Below are positions 40,483-53,759 of a DNA stretch of 64,000 bases, piece by piece. The notes beneath the pieces were generated by a model, which was given only the letters and a program-made list of their open reading frames with translations, had not been told where the DNA came from and did no database searches. The position numbers and the translations under genes were made by a program. The stretch is from Saccostrea echinata (lineage: Eukaryota), in the NCBI RefSeq assembly GCF_033153115.1, contig NW_026889803.1, forward strand, positions 41,602,001 through 41,666,000, in the 5' to 3' direction. Every line of letters starts with the position of its first letter. Position 1 is the stretch's first letter.

Positions 40483-40780
40483 GTGATATTTGTTTGTTTA
40501 TTGTTTAACGTCCCTCTTGAGAATTTTCACTCATAAGGAGACGCCACCACTTCCCAGTTTAGAGCTGCAAATTTTGACATCTCGGCACTCAGGGCCATTG
40601 AGCAGTGAGGGATCATTTTCATGCCAGCATCTACTGCGACACAGGACCTCGGTTTATACCGTCTCATCCGAAGGACTGGTCTCCACGTCCCACGGTGGGA
40701 TTCGAACCGGCGACGTAAGGATCAACTCCTTACTCCGCGAGTATAGAGCAGACGCTCTACCATTGCGCCACGGGGGCGAC
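40483..40780 (-). mobile_element. tRNA-derived SINE with Deu/Nin-like domain and a 12-bp TSD
   Basis: TSD GTAAAAGAATTT at 40471-40482 and 40781-40792; A box GTGGCGCAATGGTAGAGC; B box GGTTCGAATCCC; (AAAC)n tail. Confidence 0.88.
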
Positions 40781-41796
40781 GTAAAAGAATTTAAAAACAC
40801 ACATATATTTTCGATATACACATTTTCTTTTTTAGTCCCCTACCGGTGAAACCGGTAACTTTGAGTCAGATAGAGTGAAAACACATCTAAACACTTTGAC
40901 TTGTTTATCTAGACTGCCTATTCAAACATAGCATTGTATTGTAACGTTACCATAACGTCATACTAATGATGACGTAATAATAGAAGTATTACATGCACTT
41001 TAACGTTACATATAGGAAGATTTTTTCATCAACATACTCCAGGCCGCAAAATGTACAATAATCACAATTTACAATGATAGAAAATTCATATTTGGCTTTG
41101 TGTGTTTTTTTTAAAGATTAACTGTGGAATCTGATTCGCTTAGTTCAAAGGGATATAATTTTGTAATGGGTCGGTTTGATATGGTTCCGTTACTAAGACG
41201 TAAGAGTGCTTATCTTGTGAGTCCATCTCTGCCAGTTATGAGATCCACCACTACAGCAGTTTCCAATTGATGTGTTTTTTGCAGACATCATGGACTTGGA
41301 CAACATCTCCAATTTTGATTTTGTTGTATGTAGTTCCTGTCCTTCGGTGATATTGTCTCAGAGAAATAAGGTATTCTGACTTCCATCTGTTCCAAAAGCT
41401 TTGTAGAAGCTGAATTTGTCGTATTATAATTCATTTGCTTTATCATGATTTACTAGAGAGTTGTCGTTGGCATCCACTTCTTCAAAATAAGGTAGAGAAG
41501 TTAATCTTCTTCCATATAACAGCTGAGATGGTGTAAGCGGCTGTAAATCATCTTGATCTGTTGATATGTAAGTCAGCGGTCTGTAATTCAAAATTACTTC
41601 TATCTCCATAACTAAAGTGTGAAGAGTCTCCATATTTATCTTTGAACGTCCAAGAACTTTCAGTAAGGAAGTCTTAGTCAATCCTATTAATCTCTCCCAC
41701 CATCCATCATACCATTCCTTTGATGCATATTGAAAGGTTGTTGCATTATCTGAGATCATGATACTAGGCAGTGATCTCCTACTAATAAATCTTCTG

Positions 41797-42045
41797 ATTG
41801 AAATATATTGAGATGACGAACAGTATTCAATCTCAAATGTCCATTAAATAATACAAATTTTGGAGCAGAGCAAACACGGACCTCTAAAACATCAGAGGCG
41901 GGATCTGGTGCCATGGAGGAGTGAGCATCCCCTGCCGACCGGTCACACCCGGCGTGTGCTTCTTGACATGATCGGGAAAGAACGGAAAAATCCGTCGACA
42001 ATTCAGTGTGTAAATAATGGCCTAACAATAAGCATGAATGAAAGA
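41797..42045 (-). mobile_element. Penelope-like 3' fragment inserted in the Bel/Pao integrase
   Basis: Closely similar to 34777-35020; interrupts HLELV..RRFISRR. Confidence 0.8.
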
Positions 42046-43896
42046 ACTCTTCGTCAGGTTTGGTACTAACTCTAGGTGTAAAGCTCGAGATGATGCACAG
42101 GGAAAGAAGCATATTTATGCATTATAAATGCTCCCAATTTATCCTTGACATAAAGGGGTCCTGCAAAATCAATGCCTGTCATGGTAAATGGGGGTTTCAT
42201 CTGTAGATAGATACTCGCAGTAGTCCTTTGCTAATGGAGGGGGTTCTGGAGGTTGATATGATTTTCCAGTGATTTTTCTACAGCTGATACATCCTCTAAG
42301 AATCCCTTCCACACGATGTCGAATCCTTGGTATCCAGTATTGTTCATGAAGTAAGGTAATTGTCGAATTTAAACTGGCATGAGCATGCCTTTTGTGTGTA
42401 TCACCAACAATAAAATATGTCAATCGGTGGTCTGTAGGAAGAAGGTATGTAAATTTTGTTTTCTCCATCAGTGTTGCATTGTGTATTATTCCTCCACACC
42501 TTAAAAATCCATCTCTAGGAACAGTTTCAGCTGCTGAAACAATGTTGGTTTCCTTTCAGATGGATGTTTCAGATATTCTATTTCCTTTGTAAACTCTGTT
42601 CTCTGCACATCTTGTATGAGCAGTCTAATAGCTTCGCCTAATTCTTGTTTACTGAGAAATCCTAATCTTCTTCACTAGAATGTCTGCAGTTATGAATAAA
42701 TCTTCTATGTATGCAACAGCTCTAACCAACATTATGAGTGAACTTTTATCCTCAGGTTTCGTTACTGACTGTATACCTTCATGCAGTCACGGTATCTGCT
42801 GTTACTTGATCCTCTGCTTGATGATTCATATTACTCTCTTCTTCAGCGCTTGTGGAACAAAGTATTGCATTTGTTGGTCCATCTCATACAGGCCATTTCT
42901 TGGGTTCAACGAACCATGCTGCTCCATTCCACCAGAGAGTATCCTCTTTGAATTTCTTGAGGGTAAATCCACGAGTAAGATAGTTAGCAGGATTACAGTA
43001 TTTTTGACAATGCTGGCAAGTTGAAGATCCGCTAATCTCCCTAGTTTCATTTACTCTGTTTGCTACCAATCTGTTTGGTGATTTCTGTGACATGATCCAG
43101 TGAAGTATAATTTGACTGTCACACCAAAAGTAGATTTTGTTAACTCCTGTTATTTCTTTTACATGTTTTCCCAATTTTGCTCCAATAAGTGCTCCCATGA
43201 GTTCTAGTCTTGGAAGTGTGATCTGCTTAATTGGTGTCACTCGATTTTTTTGCCATAAGTAGTGTAATCTTGTTCTTTGATAACAAGTAAACACATGCAC
43301 CATATGCTTACTGGCTTGCATCAGAGAAAACATGCAATGAATCACCCCTACAATCCATCGAAGGACTGTTTTTTCTTTTTACTCTAATGTCTAATGCTTC
43401 ACAAATTTCTGATGATATTTCTCTCCATGTAGACTGCATAGACTTCGGCAGTTTTTCGTCCCACTTCAAATTAGTTTTCCATAACTCTTGCTTGAAAACC
43501 TTTGCCTTCACAGTTATAGGGATTTATAATCGAAGTGGATCAAATACCTTTGATGTTTCTTTCAATACTTCACGCTTTGTGGCTACAAGATCCTTCCTTT
43601 GTCTAATACCATTCTTTGCATATTGAAGAGTATCTTCTTGTGGATTCCATTTCATTCCAAGAACTTTAATGACAAGGTCTTCATCCGCTGTTTTTTCTGC
43701 TTTAGTTAACCTTTGTAGCATCTCACTGTTGGAGCTCCATGAACGGAGATTGAAACCTCCAGCTGCAAGTAAGGTTCTTGATTCTTTGTAGATTTTCATG
43801 GCTGTTTCCTAACTCTGAAAGCTGGCCAAAACATTGTCAACATAGAGATTTTGTTCAAGGAGAGATGAAATTTCACTGGCATTCTCTTGAAAATGT

Positions 43897-44438
43897 TTCA
43901 ATTAACAATGGTTATTTCTATTCTTATGTCTATACGATATATCTTTTCAATCGTCAACTTCCCTTACTTATGCAGTAATATACATTCATCATCTGCATAC
44001 GGGGTTTCTATCTCTCAGTTGATTCGATATTCATGCTCTACGTATGAACAATATCTAAAAAGAGGTAAGTTATTGATAAACAAGTTGATGAAACAAGAAT
44101 ATCAGCAGTCTCTTTTAAAGTCGTCATTTCGTTAAGTTCTATGGTCGATACAATGACCTTGTCAGCAAATACAATTTATCATTAAGTCAAATGCTGACTA
44201 ACGTTTTTCATACTAATTGTTAGGCCATTATTTACACACTGAATTGTCAACGGATTTTCCCGTTATTTCCCGATCATGACAAGGAGCACAGTGTGACCGG
44301 TCGGCAGGGGATGCTCACTCCTCCATGGCACCAGATCCCACCTCTGAAGATTTTGAGGTCGTGTTTGCTCTGCTCCAAAATTTGCATTGTTTAATGGACT
44401 TTTGAGCTTGAATAATGTTCGTCATTTCCATGTATTTC
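43897..44438 (+). mobile_element. Penelope-like fragment inserted in the Bel/Pao RT
   Basis: FSIVNFPYLCSNIHSSSAYGVSISQLIRY plus the 3' motif; interrupts SPFILTATLI..HF. Confidence 0.85.
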
Positions 44439-46894
44439 ATTAATCAAAGTAGCGGTGAGGATAAAAGGTGAACAAGTTGCTCCAAACAGGACAGATCGAA
44501 AGCGATAAGTTGTTTATGGACTCGATGGATCATTTGAAACATTCAACCAAAGGAATCGTGTTGCATCACGGTCTTTCTGGTTAAGTTCAATTTGAAGGAA
44601 TGTCTTTTCAATATCTGCTGTTACTTCAATCTTGTTTAATCTGAATCTGGTCAATATTGACGTGATGTCATTCATTACCGGGGAATATGGCTCAATGCAA
44701 TCATTTAGACTAACATGTCTTTTTTTTGTCCTTGCAGCTACAATCATACATAATTCTAATCGGAGTTGTAGTGCTGTCTTTTCTAACAGGGTGGTGAGGG
44801 ATGTAATGGACTCTATATTCTGAATTTTCTGGATCTTTAACTCTCTCAATAACTCCTTTGTTTTCTTGATCCTGGATTATCCCACTATACAGTTTTAACA
44901 GTTTTAAAATCCTTGCTAATCTCTGAATAACATTTTCTGGTTTTTTTTTTCACTATCTCATAATTTCTACGTAAGCAAGGAGAGTTTTCTTTCCAGGGAA
45001 TTTTAGCAACATAATGACCATCCTCTTTATCTATTGATATAGCAGCATAGTTCAAAAGCTTTTCCTTGCCTTTCAACTCTTCACTCTGATCATCAATTCC
45101 CATGGATTCTCTTTTCCAGAAATTTTCAAGATCAATTTCTTCCATTTTATGTTCAGCCAAAATATGAAACATTCCTGAATGTTGTTTTCCTGATGAGTTG
45201 ATAGGTCCAGATATTAATACCTAGCCTTTGATTCAACTGCAGTGGGTCCATTCCCTCTGATGATTTTGTCTCCTACTATGTTCCAGTAACAATCTGCGCC
45301 AATTACATTGAAATATGGAATTGTTCCTCTGTACTGACTGGGTGTGCCGATTTAATCCAGTTCTTTGATATTGACTCGTGATCTGTTGGAGATTGGAGCT
45401 GCAATCTTCGGAATGATGATGACCTCCATTGGAATTTTGTCTACAGTTTGTGTTTCTAGTTGTACAGTTGCTTTCTCAAGATGTCGAATTTCACTATTCT
45501 TGTCTCCAAATGCTGAAATTCTTAGGGTAATGGATCCATTTGATATAATGTCAAGTTTCTGTGCTAGCTCCTCAGTAATAAATGCATTTTGAGCCCCTTC
45601 GTCAAGCAATATATTACAGCTGATTTCTTGATTTCCATACCAAATTGGTGTCACAGCAGTTTTTAGTAGCACTTCAGAGTTGGCTGCCACCTGTTTTGAA
45701 GAGTGAAGCTGGAATGACTACTCTCGTTGACGTGGTTGTTTCGCTTGTGTGCTCTCGGAATTTGTGACAGTTCTCTCTGAGGGAATTGAGAATTTTTGCA
45801 GATACTTGTGTGATGAGACTTCTTACAATTGCTGCATTTGAAATGTGATTGACATTCATTTACTTTGTGTTTTCTAAAGTAATTGAAGCAGACTTTCTTC
45901 TGTTTGATGATCGATATTCTCTTATCATAATCTTGGATGTTATGGCAAGTTATTGTTGAATGATTTCCATTACAGAAGAAGCATTGCTTCACAGAATTTT
46001 CCAGTTTGTAAGTCGTTTAATGGCTTGACCCAGCAACAAAGTTAGTTGTTGGAATGAATTCCTGGGTTTCCTGTTTTGATTGTATTGCCTGTCCAGCATC
46101 TTGAACACATAGCTCCTTGTTATGGCTCTCCTCAGTGAATTCAATTCCCATTGATCATCTCCTTTGTCCCGGGTAATGTTCTTCCGGATATCTGCTGGCA
46201 GTTTGTTGTATATCATTGGAGTTAAAATTGTTCCATAGGTGGTTTTGTCAGTTCCTAGAGATTCTAATCCTATAATGCAACACTCCATTTTGTCGAAGAA
46301 GTTTCTCAAACTATCAGGATTAGACTTGGGATAAGTCAATTAAACTTGGTAAGTCAATTAAACTCTGGATATGGGAATCAATGATTCTGTGAATTTGTCC
46401 ATATCTCTCGAATAAAACATCTATTGCTTGTCTATAGTTGGTATTAGTCAAACTGAATACTGTTACAATGCGAAATGCTTCCCCCTATAACAGCGATCGA
46501 TTTCCGTTTGAATCTCCTCTTCATTCACTAATTCTTGTAGAATCTCGCTGTTGATTTTCTCTAATATGTCCCACTTCTCCTCCAGTACCTTGATCATTTC
46601 AGCTTTCCCATTTTCATTTTCATTCTCAGAAATTCTCAAAATTCTTGTAATTACTCCATGATGTCCTGAACGCATCGCCTTCAATTTGGATACATCCATT
46701 TTGCACATGAACTGTTATCCTGGTCACGACACCAATGTTGAGATTGTATAGTGGTTTGTTACTTTGAGTCAGAGAGAGTGAAAACACATCTAAACACTTT
46801 GACTTGTTTATCTAGACTGCCTATTCAAACATAGCATTGCATTGTAACGTTACCATAACGACATACTAATGATGACGTTATAATAGGAGTATTA

Positions 46895-47678
46895 CTTATT
46901 GTACTTTAATTACCTATTTACATTTGCAAATTTTTCTTTTATATAACACCATTAAAAGAAACGCGTATCTATATCCGTATATTTACATTTGCGAATGTTT
47001 TCTTTATATAACACTATTTCAAGCAACGTGTATCTATATCCCTATAAACACGGGTTCCTCGCGTCATAAACGTTCGACGTAATTTCTCAGTGACGTCATA
47101 AAGGGCCGACGTGCAATCAATGGATCAAATACATGCCGTTGAGTTTGAAAAATAAAACATTTCACGCGATAAAGATTGTAATCAGAAAAATATAAAATAT
47201 GAATAAGTCAAAAATGTAAATATAAGTAATAATGTATCATTTTTAAACATCTATCGGGATATAAATACGGGTTGGTACGAGATCAAATTTAACATAAAGC
47301 CCTTCGGGCTTTATGGAATTTGATCTCGTGACCAACCCGTATTTATATCCCGATAGATGTTTAAAAATGATACATTATTTCTTAAATAAACACAGGTTTC
47401 TCGCGTCATAACGTTCGACGTAATTTCTCAGTGACGTCAAAAAGGGTCGACGTGCAATCAATAGATCAAACTCATGCCGTTGAGTTTGAAAAAATAAAAC
47501 ATATCACGCGTTAAAGTTATAATCAGGCTAATATATAATATGAATAAGTCACAAATGTAAATATAAGTAATAAGGTATCATTTTAAAACATCTATCGGGA
47601 TATAAATACGGGTTGGTCACGAGATCAAATTCCATAAAGCCCGAAGGATAGGTGTTTAAAAATACCTTATTTCTTAAA
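46895..47678. mobile_element. Crypton-like palindromic element (two tandem units) inserted in the LTR
   Basis: Near-perfect hairpin 47228-47379 (~75-bp arms, CCC-TTC-GGG apex); unit 47045-47385 is repeated at 47386-47678. Confidence 0.6.
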
Positions 47679-50600
47679 TATAGGAAGATTTTCATCAACA
47701 GACGTTAAGTAATATTGTGCATTGTTTTCAGCAATTTCTACCAGCGAATACTTAATAAACTTGGCGAAATAACACCAGATGCAATGAAGAATGAATATTT
47801 TTCCCAATATAAATTTTTTTTGGTATGTGTTTGAGATAAGAACAACGAGTATCGTTTTCCATACGTAAGCAGTCGTGTTTATCGACAGTTGGGTTTTTCA
47901 CACTTAGTGATTTTATTGTCAAAAGGTTCGAAAACAACCCAATCCCCTGTTACAGGAAGTTTGTTTAACTCTCTTAGTGCCGCAGCGACATTTATGTCGC
48001 TAGAGAGTTCAATGCCACGGGGACATTTTGGTCGCCTGTCAGTTGAGTGCCAAAACGACACATATGTCGCATCGGAGTTAAAAAATAAAAGATAAAATAA
48101 ATGTTTATTTTCCTTAAAATTAATGATTTAGATTTTATAAATGATGAGAAATGATAAGTGCAATTTGTTCTCTCAAAATGACGTAAATTTTGTACGTTTT
48201 ATGACGTCATACATGTAATATGCAAATATTACGTAGAAGTTATAAAAGAAAATGTCATCTGATAGTAATGACAGCTATGCGACCGACAGCGATAGCGATA
48301 ATTATGTTGATGTTCTAGTCGGTAGAGTCAATCATGGCCCATGGTTTACGGTGGTGGATCCAAGATCTTTCACTATTTCAAGGCTGCCAGACTTTACAGC
48401 TGATCACGGACCAGTTGATTTTGAACCCAATATGGTGCCTTTCGATTATTTTGAAAAGTTTTTGAAAGATGAGGACTGCTGCATTTTGGACATTATTGTA
48501 GAAGAGACATACCGCTTTGCTGAAGAAAGTATGAATATCCGTCAGCGGACTCCATTTGCAAGAGAAAATAATTGGAAACCTGTTACCAAAGATGAAATGA
48601 GTGCTTTTTTTGGCCTTGTATTTGCGATGGGAGTCGTACGGAAACCAACTTATGCGTCATACTGGGAGAGAGGTTCCGGTGATCTTATAACAGAGACTCC
48701 AAACTTTTCTCAAGTAATGTCCAGAAACCGATTCCAAGCAATACTTCGATTCCTTCACTGCAACGACAATGCTCGGAATGTTCCAAGGGGGCGACCAGGT
48801 TTTGACCCGCTACATATAGTGAGACCAATCATCGACTTTTTCAATGACGTATTTGAAAAGAATTATAGGTATATTCCTTGATTTACTTGACTAATAATTT
48901 ATTATAAAGTCGGTAAAATTCTCGAATGCAAAACAGTAATAATACATACACTGTATTAATTTTTCATAATTATTGAATTTTTTTTTCATTCATTCATCCG
49001 ATGTCTTTTTAACATACATGAATGTATTGCCTAGTATTATTAACGAGTATATCGTTTTGCAGAATTAATAACAAATCTAGGCCCTATATTTGTTTTTGCA
49101 CAAATGCNNNNNNNNNNNNNNNNNNNNNNNNNNNNNNNNNNNNNNNNNNNNNNNNNNNNNNNNNNNNNNNNNNNNNNNNNNNNNNNNNNNNNNNNNNNNN
49201 NNNNNNNNNNNNNNNNNNNNNNNNNNNNNNNNNNNNNNNNNNNNNNCGGTTAACCGATTAATCGTTCGCAACGATGGTAATCGGTTAGGAAATCTGTAAT
49301 CGGTTAGTCGGAAAAAAATAAAAATATGTGTAAATATCCTTAAAATTAAATTTGCAAGTTAAAAAAAAATGAATGTTGATAAGTTATAGCGTTTTTACAT
49401 GCATGTATTTAGATATAATTTATTAGGACTCTTCGGACGGAGGTGTTGGGGTAATTGGTCAATTTGTGAAGTGTTAATTGCTGTTTAAACACCATGCCGT
49501 TACCCAGCTTGTCCTTCTACATGTATTTCTTTAATGATAATAATTAAATCACCGTTGAGTATTGTGAACTGATTACATTGTGTATCTTAATTTTGCAGTT
49601 ATCTGCCAATTTATATTTTTATGCAAATATTGTAAATCAAGTAATAGTTTAAAAAGGTTTGTTCTGAGCTTTTGAGCAGATTTTTGTCTTGACCTCTTTA
49701 AAAAAAAAAAATCGGCGTTATATTTTAGTTCTTATAATAAATTTGGATTCTACAATGCAAAATAATCTATATTCGATTATATCCCCATGATTTAATTGAG
49801 CTATGTGTGTAGATTCTAAAAATATACTTTGATAGCAGGATCCAACCTCCTTAAACTTTGTTTCTGTTTATGGTGATAATGCAGAATGACCGTATGTAAT
49901 GTTTGGGGTCGTCAGAAAGTTATCAATGTTTATTGGGAGGGGGTATGAATAGAAGTAATTTTTGGGAGTTGAACTATGTTCAATCTCCCTTGGTCATCAC
50001 GGGCTTTCTAAGCGCAGTAATTTGTATTGATTATATAGTGGCCGTCCGTGGGGCTTCTGTGTCGACCAATTTACTCCTGTGATATTCAATATAAACTTGC
50101 ATAAACGTCCGCCATAAAATAGTCCATTTCAATTTTCTGAATTAATCTAATTTTGATAAATGACATGAAACTAAATGCAATTGAATTTCATTTAACTTAA
50201 TTTGAATACTATATTTTGATTAAATTAAAATTGATCTATACAGAACTAAAAAAAAATGTTGAAAATTGTCGTCACGAACCTCCCTTGCAGCACATACAGC
50301 GGCACCTATAAACAATGAGAGGGAAATTAACGACAACTCTGCATATGTAACTATATGACTGCGCGAAACCTCTTTGCATTGACTAACGCGTGGTAAAAAT
50401 TATTTCACAATCAATGTTATACCTATTTTTTTAGCCATAAATATTCGAAGTTTTCAAATATTTATTTGGTAATACAGAATAAACAAATTACATGTACGTT
50501 GATTTGGATATAAATGAACAATTGTTCTTTTAATATTGAATCCTAATACGTTTAACATCGAAAAGGAAGAAAATCGAAGAGAAGGTGATTAACGTAAACA

Positions 50601-51010
50601 GAAAGGTGAAACTTTAAAATAAATTACTAGATTAAGCTTTTTGAGTTTTCAAGTTTTTTTCATGTTGTGGCATAAAATTTATAAGCATTTCACATATGAA
50701 ATTCTTGATAAAATAAGTCGGAACAGCCGAGTCTGACATTTGAACTACATGTACATGTAAATTTGAAGTGGGAAAAACAACAAATTATAACCGTTTACGT
50801 AAGATTCATATAACAAGCTGAAACTGCTTTTTTTATTGTTATTTTTCAAACTTCCAAACAATTAATAGTCATGTGAAGAAGGAAATAAACCATGGCAAAA
50901 TCTCGCAAATATTTCACCTAATAATTCTATGCTTCTAAGTACGTTAGGACAGACACAACTGTAAAGTCTATACAACTGTAAATGAATTTACCGTGCAGTG
51001 ATTTTCAGAG

Positions 51011-51450
51011 CAGAGTTGTCAAAATTTTTGAATCACTGTCAGACATTTGGTCTGACAGAGTCAAATGATCTGTTAGACTGGACAAAGATTTGTCAGACCA
51101 GATACATGCATCTTATTTTGTACGCTGGATCGCTGATAACGAGAAAAAATAATAGCACTTAAATAAGATGTCTTTTAAGTTTTATGATATTCGATTTCAC
51201 AAAAAATCCAATCTTATGATACAGAGTCTCTAATCAGAGACATGCTTTAACAATTTTGATCGACAATCGGCACCATACGGACGTTTTCGGCGTTTTGTGG
51301 CCCTTACCTAGGCACAGCGTTTTAGAAATTTGCATCACGTTCAATTTTTTAAACGGTCGTTTGGACCACTGTTTTCTTCAGTGTACGTTATCGGTCCAGA
51401 AAATTCCTTTCCGACCTTGCCGACATGACTGAGTGTTTTTGACCACTCTG
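51011..51450. mobile_element. Nested MITE with a 14-bp TIR
   Basis: CAGAGTTGTCAAAA ... TTTTGACCACTCTG. Confidence 0.6.
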
Positions 51451-52889
51451 CAGATAAGAATTACTTATAAAGAAAGAAGTAAATGTGTGACAATTTCAGA
51501 TGACATTAATTTTTAATCCTTAATTTCATGAATTTATCAGCATTCAGTGGGTCACGTGTACAACACTAGTACTGAACTTGAAAAATGTGTGTTACATTAG
51601 TTAATGCATTTCAACACGTCTGCATATAAAAGTGTATTGCAGTAGTACGTTATCATTAAAAAAGTTTCATTTGATTTTATTAATAAAACAGTTAAAATGA
51701 ATGAATACTGTAAGCCAATAACAAGATTTGTAAGTTTTTTTTAACAGTTTATTAAACAACCGTGATCGTATAGATTTTTAAATGCTTGTTTCTGAAATTT
51801 CACCAGAATAGACCAATACTCTAGTTGTAGCAAAAGTTTTAAAGATCCGTCCCAAAGATTCCCGAAGAGCGTAGAACTAAAACTCCAAAAGTAATAATTA
51901 AGGTGAGGTCCAAATAAATTAGAGTCCAAAAAGTATTCCAAACGAGTCAAAGAATAGAGTCATAGAATAGAATGCCGTTTTCCGGCAAAACAGGGTATTC
52001 ATGGTCCCGGATATAAAAGTACTTTTCATTGGCTGACTTAACATTACCATACCACCTACGCTTAGTCCGTAGGTCTGTCCGTTGACCTATGAACCCCAAC
52101 ATGGCACCACCCTCAAATGCAAGTAAACACTCATTACTAATATTTATGGGTTCAGTCCTCATCTCTACACCCCAGGAGTTCTAGCCCTAAGCTCTTTTAC
52201 TTATTTACTTCAAAGTTCCCAATTTTATTGCTCTTGGTCAAAAATCTTAATAATACCATTGCATTTCCGTTCAAATTTTATTACTTTCTATCGATGGGCT
52301 TGATTGGTCTATTCGGATCAATTTCAGTACAAAATGATTTACCAAATTATAGTACATTGGAACAACAACAAAATCCAATTTGTTTTAACAAGATAATAAT
52401 AGTTCATAAAATTAAAGTCCTTTTTCCAATTATAAAGTCACCGAATTTGAGGTACTAATAATATACATTCTGGTTTAATAAACTTTTATTTCATTTTACT
52501 TTCACTACTAATAACTAAAAATGATTATGATATTAATATTGTCTAAGTTTAAAATGTTCAAATAATATGTCTGTGCTAAACCCTATAGGTTTACAATACA
52601 TGCGTGTGCGGAAAAAAATAGCTTATTAAGACCAGTGATCGATATGTGAGAAAGATCTATCCTCATAATTACAACAGTTTTATTTCTTGCAATAATAGCT
52701 CGTTAGACTACACTTGATTTTTAAAAAATCAAAACAGATTCAAGTCGATCGTTTTAATTCATTGAAAGTTTGAAAAATTGTCCAGCTCAGCTATATAGTA
52801 TACCTGAAATTCAATTACACTGAAATTTGCATCAAATCAAAATCACAAATAGTAAATGTCACTCGCGTTGCACAGTTGTTCAAAATCGT

Positions 52890-53166
52890 TTGCTCTAGAG
52901 ATTCAAAGTAATGTGTTAATCATTCACGTCGTGGTTCGATTCCCACTGCGGTATGCGTTTAGAAACGGACCCTTCGGATGAGACCGTATAAACCGAGATC
53001 CCATTTCGCAGTAGATGCTGGCACCAAAAAAAAATCCCTCACTGCTCAATGGTTCTGAGTGTCCTGTATAGGTAAAAATTTGCAGCAGCTCTAGCCTCCA
53101 TTGGCAAGTGGTAGTGTCTCTTTATGAGTAAAAATTCTCGAAGAGATGTAAAACAAACAAACAAAA
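52890..53166 (+). mobile_element. tRNA-derived SINE (Deu/Nin-like), degenerate
   Basis: B box GGTTCGATTCCC; CTTCGGATGAGACCGTATAAACCGAG; (AAAC)n tail. Confidence 0.8.
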
Positions 53167-53759
53167 GGCAAAGTATTCAGAGATACTTACTTCTATATAG
53201 AAATTTCTTGACATGAAATTAAAAATTATGGGATTTAAAAAAAAAATACATAATGATTGAGTTATAAAGATAAAAACATTTTGATAGAAAAATTAAATAC
53301 AAAAATTCTTTAAAAATTGATTATTGTATCCGAAAAGAACCAGTTATACCCAAAAGATAATATCAACTGCTTGTTCCAATCAGAGGAAGAAAAAAAAGAC
53401 AATTTAGTGTCTGTTGATGGTAACAATGAAAATAAAAAGTGCCAGTTGGTTGTTGGCACCAAGGATCTTGTACATATTCAGAAGAGAGTAGGGAGGGCGT
53501 TGTGCTTCAAATGCTTTCATAGGTATTTGGAAATAAATTATAAATGTTCGAAAAATTAAAGAAAGGAGCCCAGAAGATAAAGATTTTATTTTCAGAAATT
53601 GGGATGAGCTGTATCAGCATGTTCATTAATATTTTACTGATTCATATATTACATCCAAATGACTTAAAAAGTTACGTTTGTCTTGAGAGAACTTTGCTGC
53701 AATAGAACCATTAAAATGCAAACCATTCAAAGTTGTGTTGATTCAGTTTGCTTAACAAA

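Larger units (their letters stand above)
40858..47700 (-). mobile_element. Bel/Pao LTR retrotransposon, full-length but degenerate, with nested insertions
   Basis: 5' LTR 46736-47700 (interrupted at ~46895-47678); 3' LTR 40858-41034 (truncated). PBS TGGTGTCGTGACCAGGAT (tRNA-His) at 46734-46717. Gag, knuckles, protease [35 protein letters not shown], RNaseH VFSDAS/TLPRLELMGA, integrase SDNATTF..WWERLIG. Confidence 0.92.

Noticed and set aside
40680-40780. tRNA gene (also ~26880-26955 and ~62080-62150)
   Set aside because: A/B boxes are followed by SINE body, tail and TSD; no complete cloverleaf.
40829-40856. Separate element starting TTTTAGTCCCCTACCGGTGAAACCGG
   Set aside because: Resembles a Helentron-type terminal hairpin, but only ~28 bp remain at the truncated LTR junction, too short to call.
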